Assembly (NCBI GenBank): GCA_050246095.1
Contig: JBFWWQ010000001.1
Location: 1 to 45,992 of the forward strand
DNA: 45,992 nucleotides
Origin: Pseudorhodoplanes sp.
GTDB lineage: Bacteria; Pseudomonadota; Alphaproteobacteria; Rhizobiales; Xanthobacteraceae
Direction of reading: 5' to 3'
Both the position numbers and the translations under genes were made by a program. Under the pieces are notes generated by a model. It was not told the DNA's origin, ran no database searches, and worked only from the letters and a program-made list of their open reading frames with translations. Shown piece by piece: positions 45,359 to 45,992 of this stretch. Numbering within the stretch: position 1 is the stretch's first letter; each line of letters opens with the position of its first letter.

Positions 45359-45992
45359 ATGACCGCGTTCCTCGCCGCCGCGCGCCTTGCCGCGTTTGCC
45401 GCCATCCTGCTGGCGGCCGGGTCGCCAGGAGCCTCCGCGCAGAACGATTTTGCCGCCTCGTTCCCGAACAAGCCGATCCGCATGGTGGTGGGCTTCGCCG
45501 CCGGCGGCGGCAACGATATTTTCGCCCGCCTGATCCAGAACAAGCTGCAAGAGCGCGGCTGGACGGTGGTGGTGGAGAACAAGGCGGGCGCCGGCGGGCG
45601 CGTTGCGGCGGAGGCGGTCGCGCGCGAGCCGGCGGACGGCTACACGCTGCTGGTCGGCGCGAGCGGGGCCATGGCGATCGGTCCGCTCATCTACAAGACC
45701 GGCTACGACACGCTGCGCAGCTTCACCCCGGTCACCATGATCGGGGACTTTCCGCTGTTCCTGGTGGTGAGCGCGAATCATCCGGCCAGGACCGCCAAGG
45801 AGCTCGTGGCCTGGACAACGCAGAATCCGGAAAAGGCGTATTACGCGAGCTCGTCGCCGGCTTTCTCGCTGCCCTCCGAATTGTTCAAGATGAAGTCCGG
45901 CGCCAGGGGCGTCGCCATCCCCTACAAGAGCAGCAGCGAATCGCTGCTGGGCGTGATCGCGGGCAACGCCGCCATGACCATCGTCGACCCGC
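45359..45992 (+). CDS. Bug/TctC tripartite tricarboxylate transporter substrate-binding protein (3' truncated by window end)
   Basis: Not in the ORF track; manual translation gives a signal peptide then FPNKPIRMVVGFAAGGGNDIFAR..VENKAGAGG..PADGYTLL..IPYK; GGGAGG RBS. Confidence 0.9.
   Translation, partial: MTAFLAAARLAAFAAILLAAGSPGASAQNDFAASFPNKPIRMVVGFAAGGGNDIFARLIQNKLQERGWTVVVENKAGAGGRVAAEAVAREPADGYTLLVGASGAMAIGPLIYKTGYDTLRSFTPVTMIGDFPLFLVVSANHPARTAKELVAWTTQNPEKAYYASSSPAFSLPSELFKMKSGARGVAIPYKSSSESLLGVIAGNAAMTIVDP

Noticed and set aside
1-45992. CRISPR array, tRNA/rRNA, transposase, integrase or prophage genes
   Set aside because: No regularly spaced direct repeats, cloverleafs or relevant protein motifs were recognised by eye

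Overview
GC-rich chromosomal segment of an alphaproteobacterium of the Hyphomicrobiales (Xanthobacteraceae/Bradyrhizobium-like, judged from gene order, an Irr box, a CtrA box and the intergenic repeat types). The backbone is conserved housekeeping synteny: rne <> amiC-mrcA-prfB (programmed +1 frameshift), M23 peptidase-bcp <> YhdP/AsmA-like, tyrS <> anmK, alpha/beta hydrolase <> Irr-regulated suf operon (desulfurase-sufBCDS-sufT-sufA), tfoX-like, a GGDEF protein and a DEAD-box helicase. It ends with CBS/cystathionine lyase, pobA and a truncated TctC/Bug gene. The best candidate for an undescribed system is a translationally coupled three-gene operon at 1165-3832 (-): MoxR-type AAA+ ATPase, HExxH-metallopeptidase/vWA protein and a small cysteine-less cytoplasmic LCCL-domain protein. 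Other notable items are an HtrA-like gene whose protease domain appears deleted in frame (PDZ only), a tfoX-like gene broken by an exact 8-bp tandem duplication, two 107-bp palindromic repeats each anchored on a TAG stop codon, an orphan secreted 4-Cys protein inside the suf cluster and a ~545-nt rne leader. No rRNA, tRNA, CRISPR array, transposase or integrase was recognised. All family assignments come from motif recognition by eye, not database searches.
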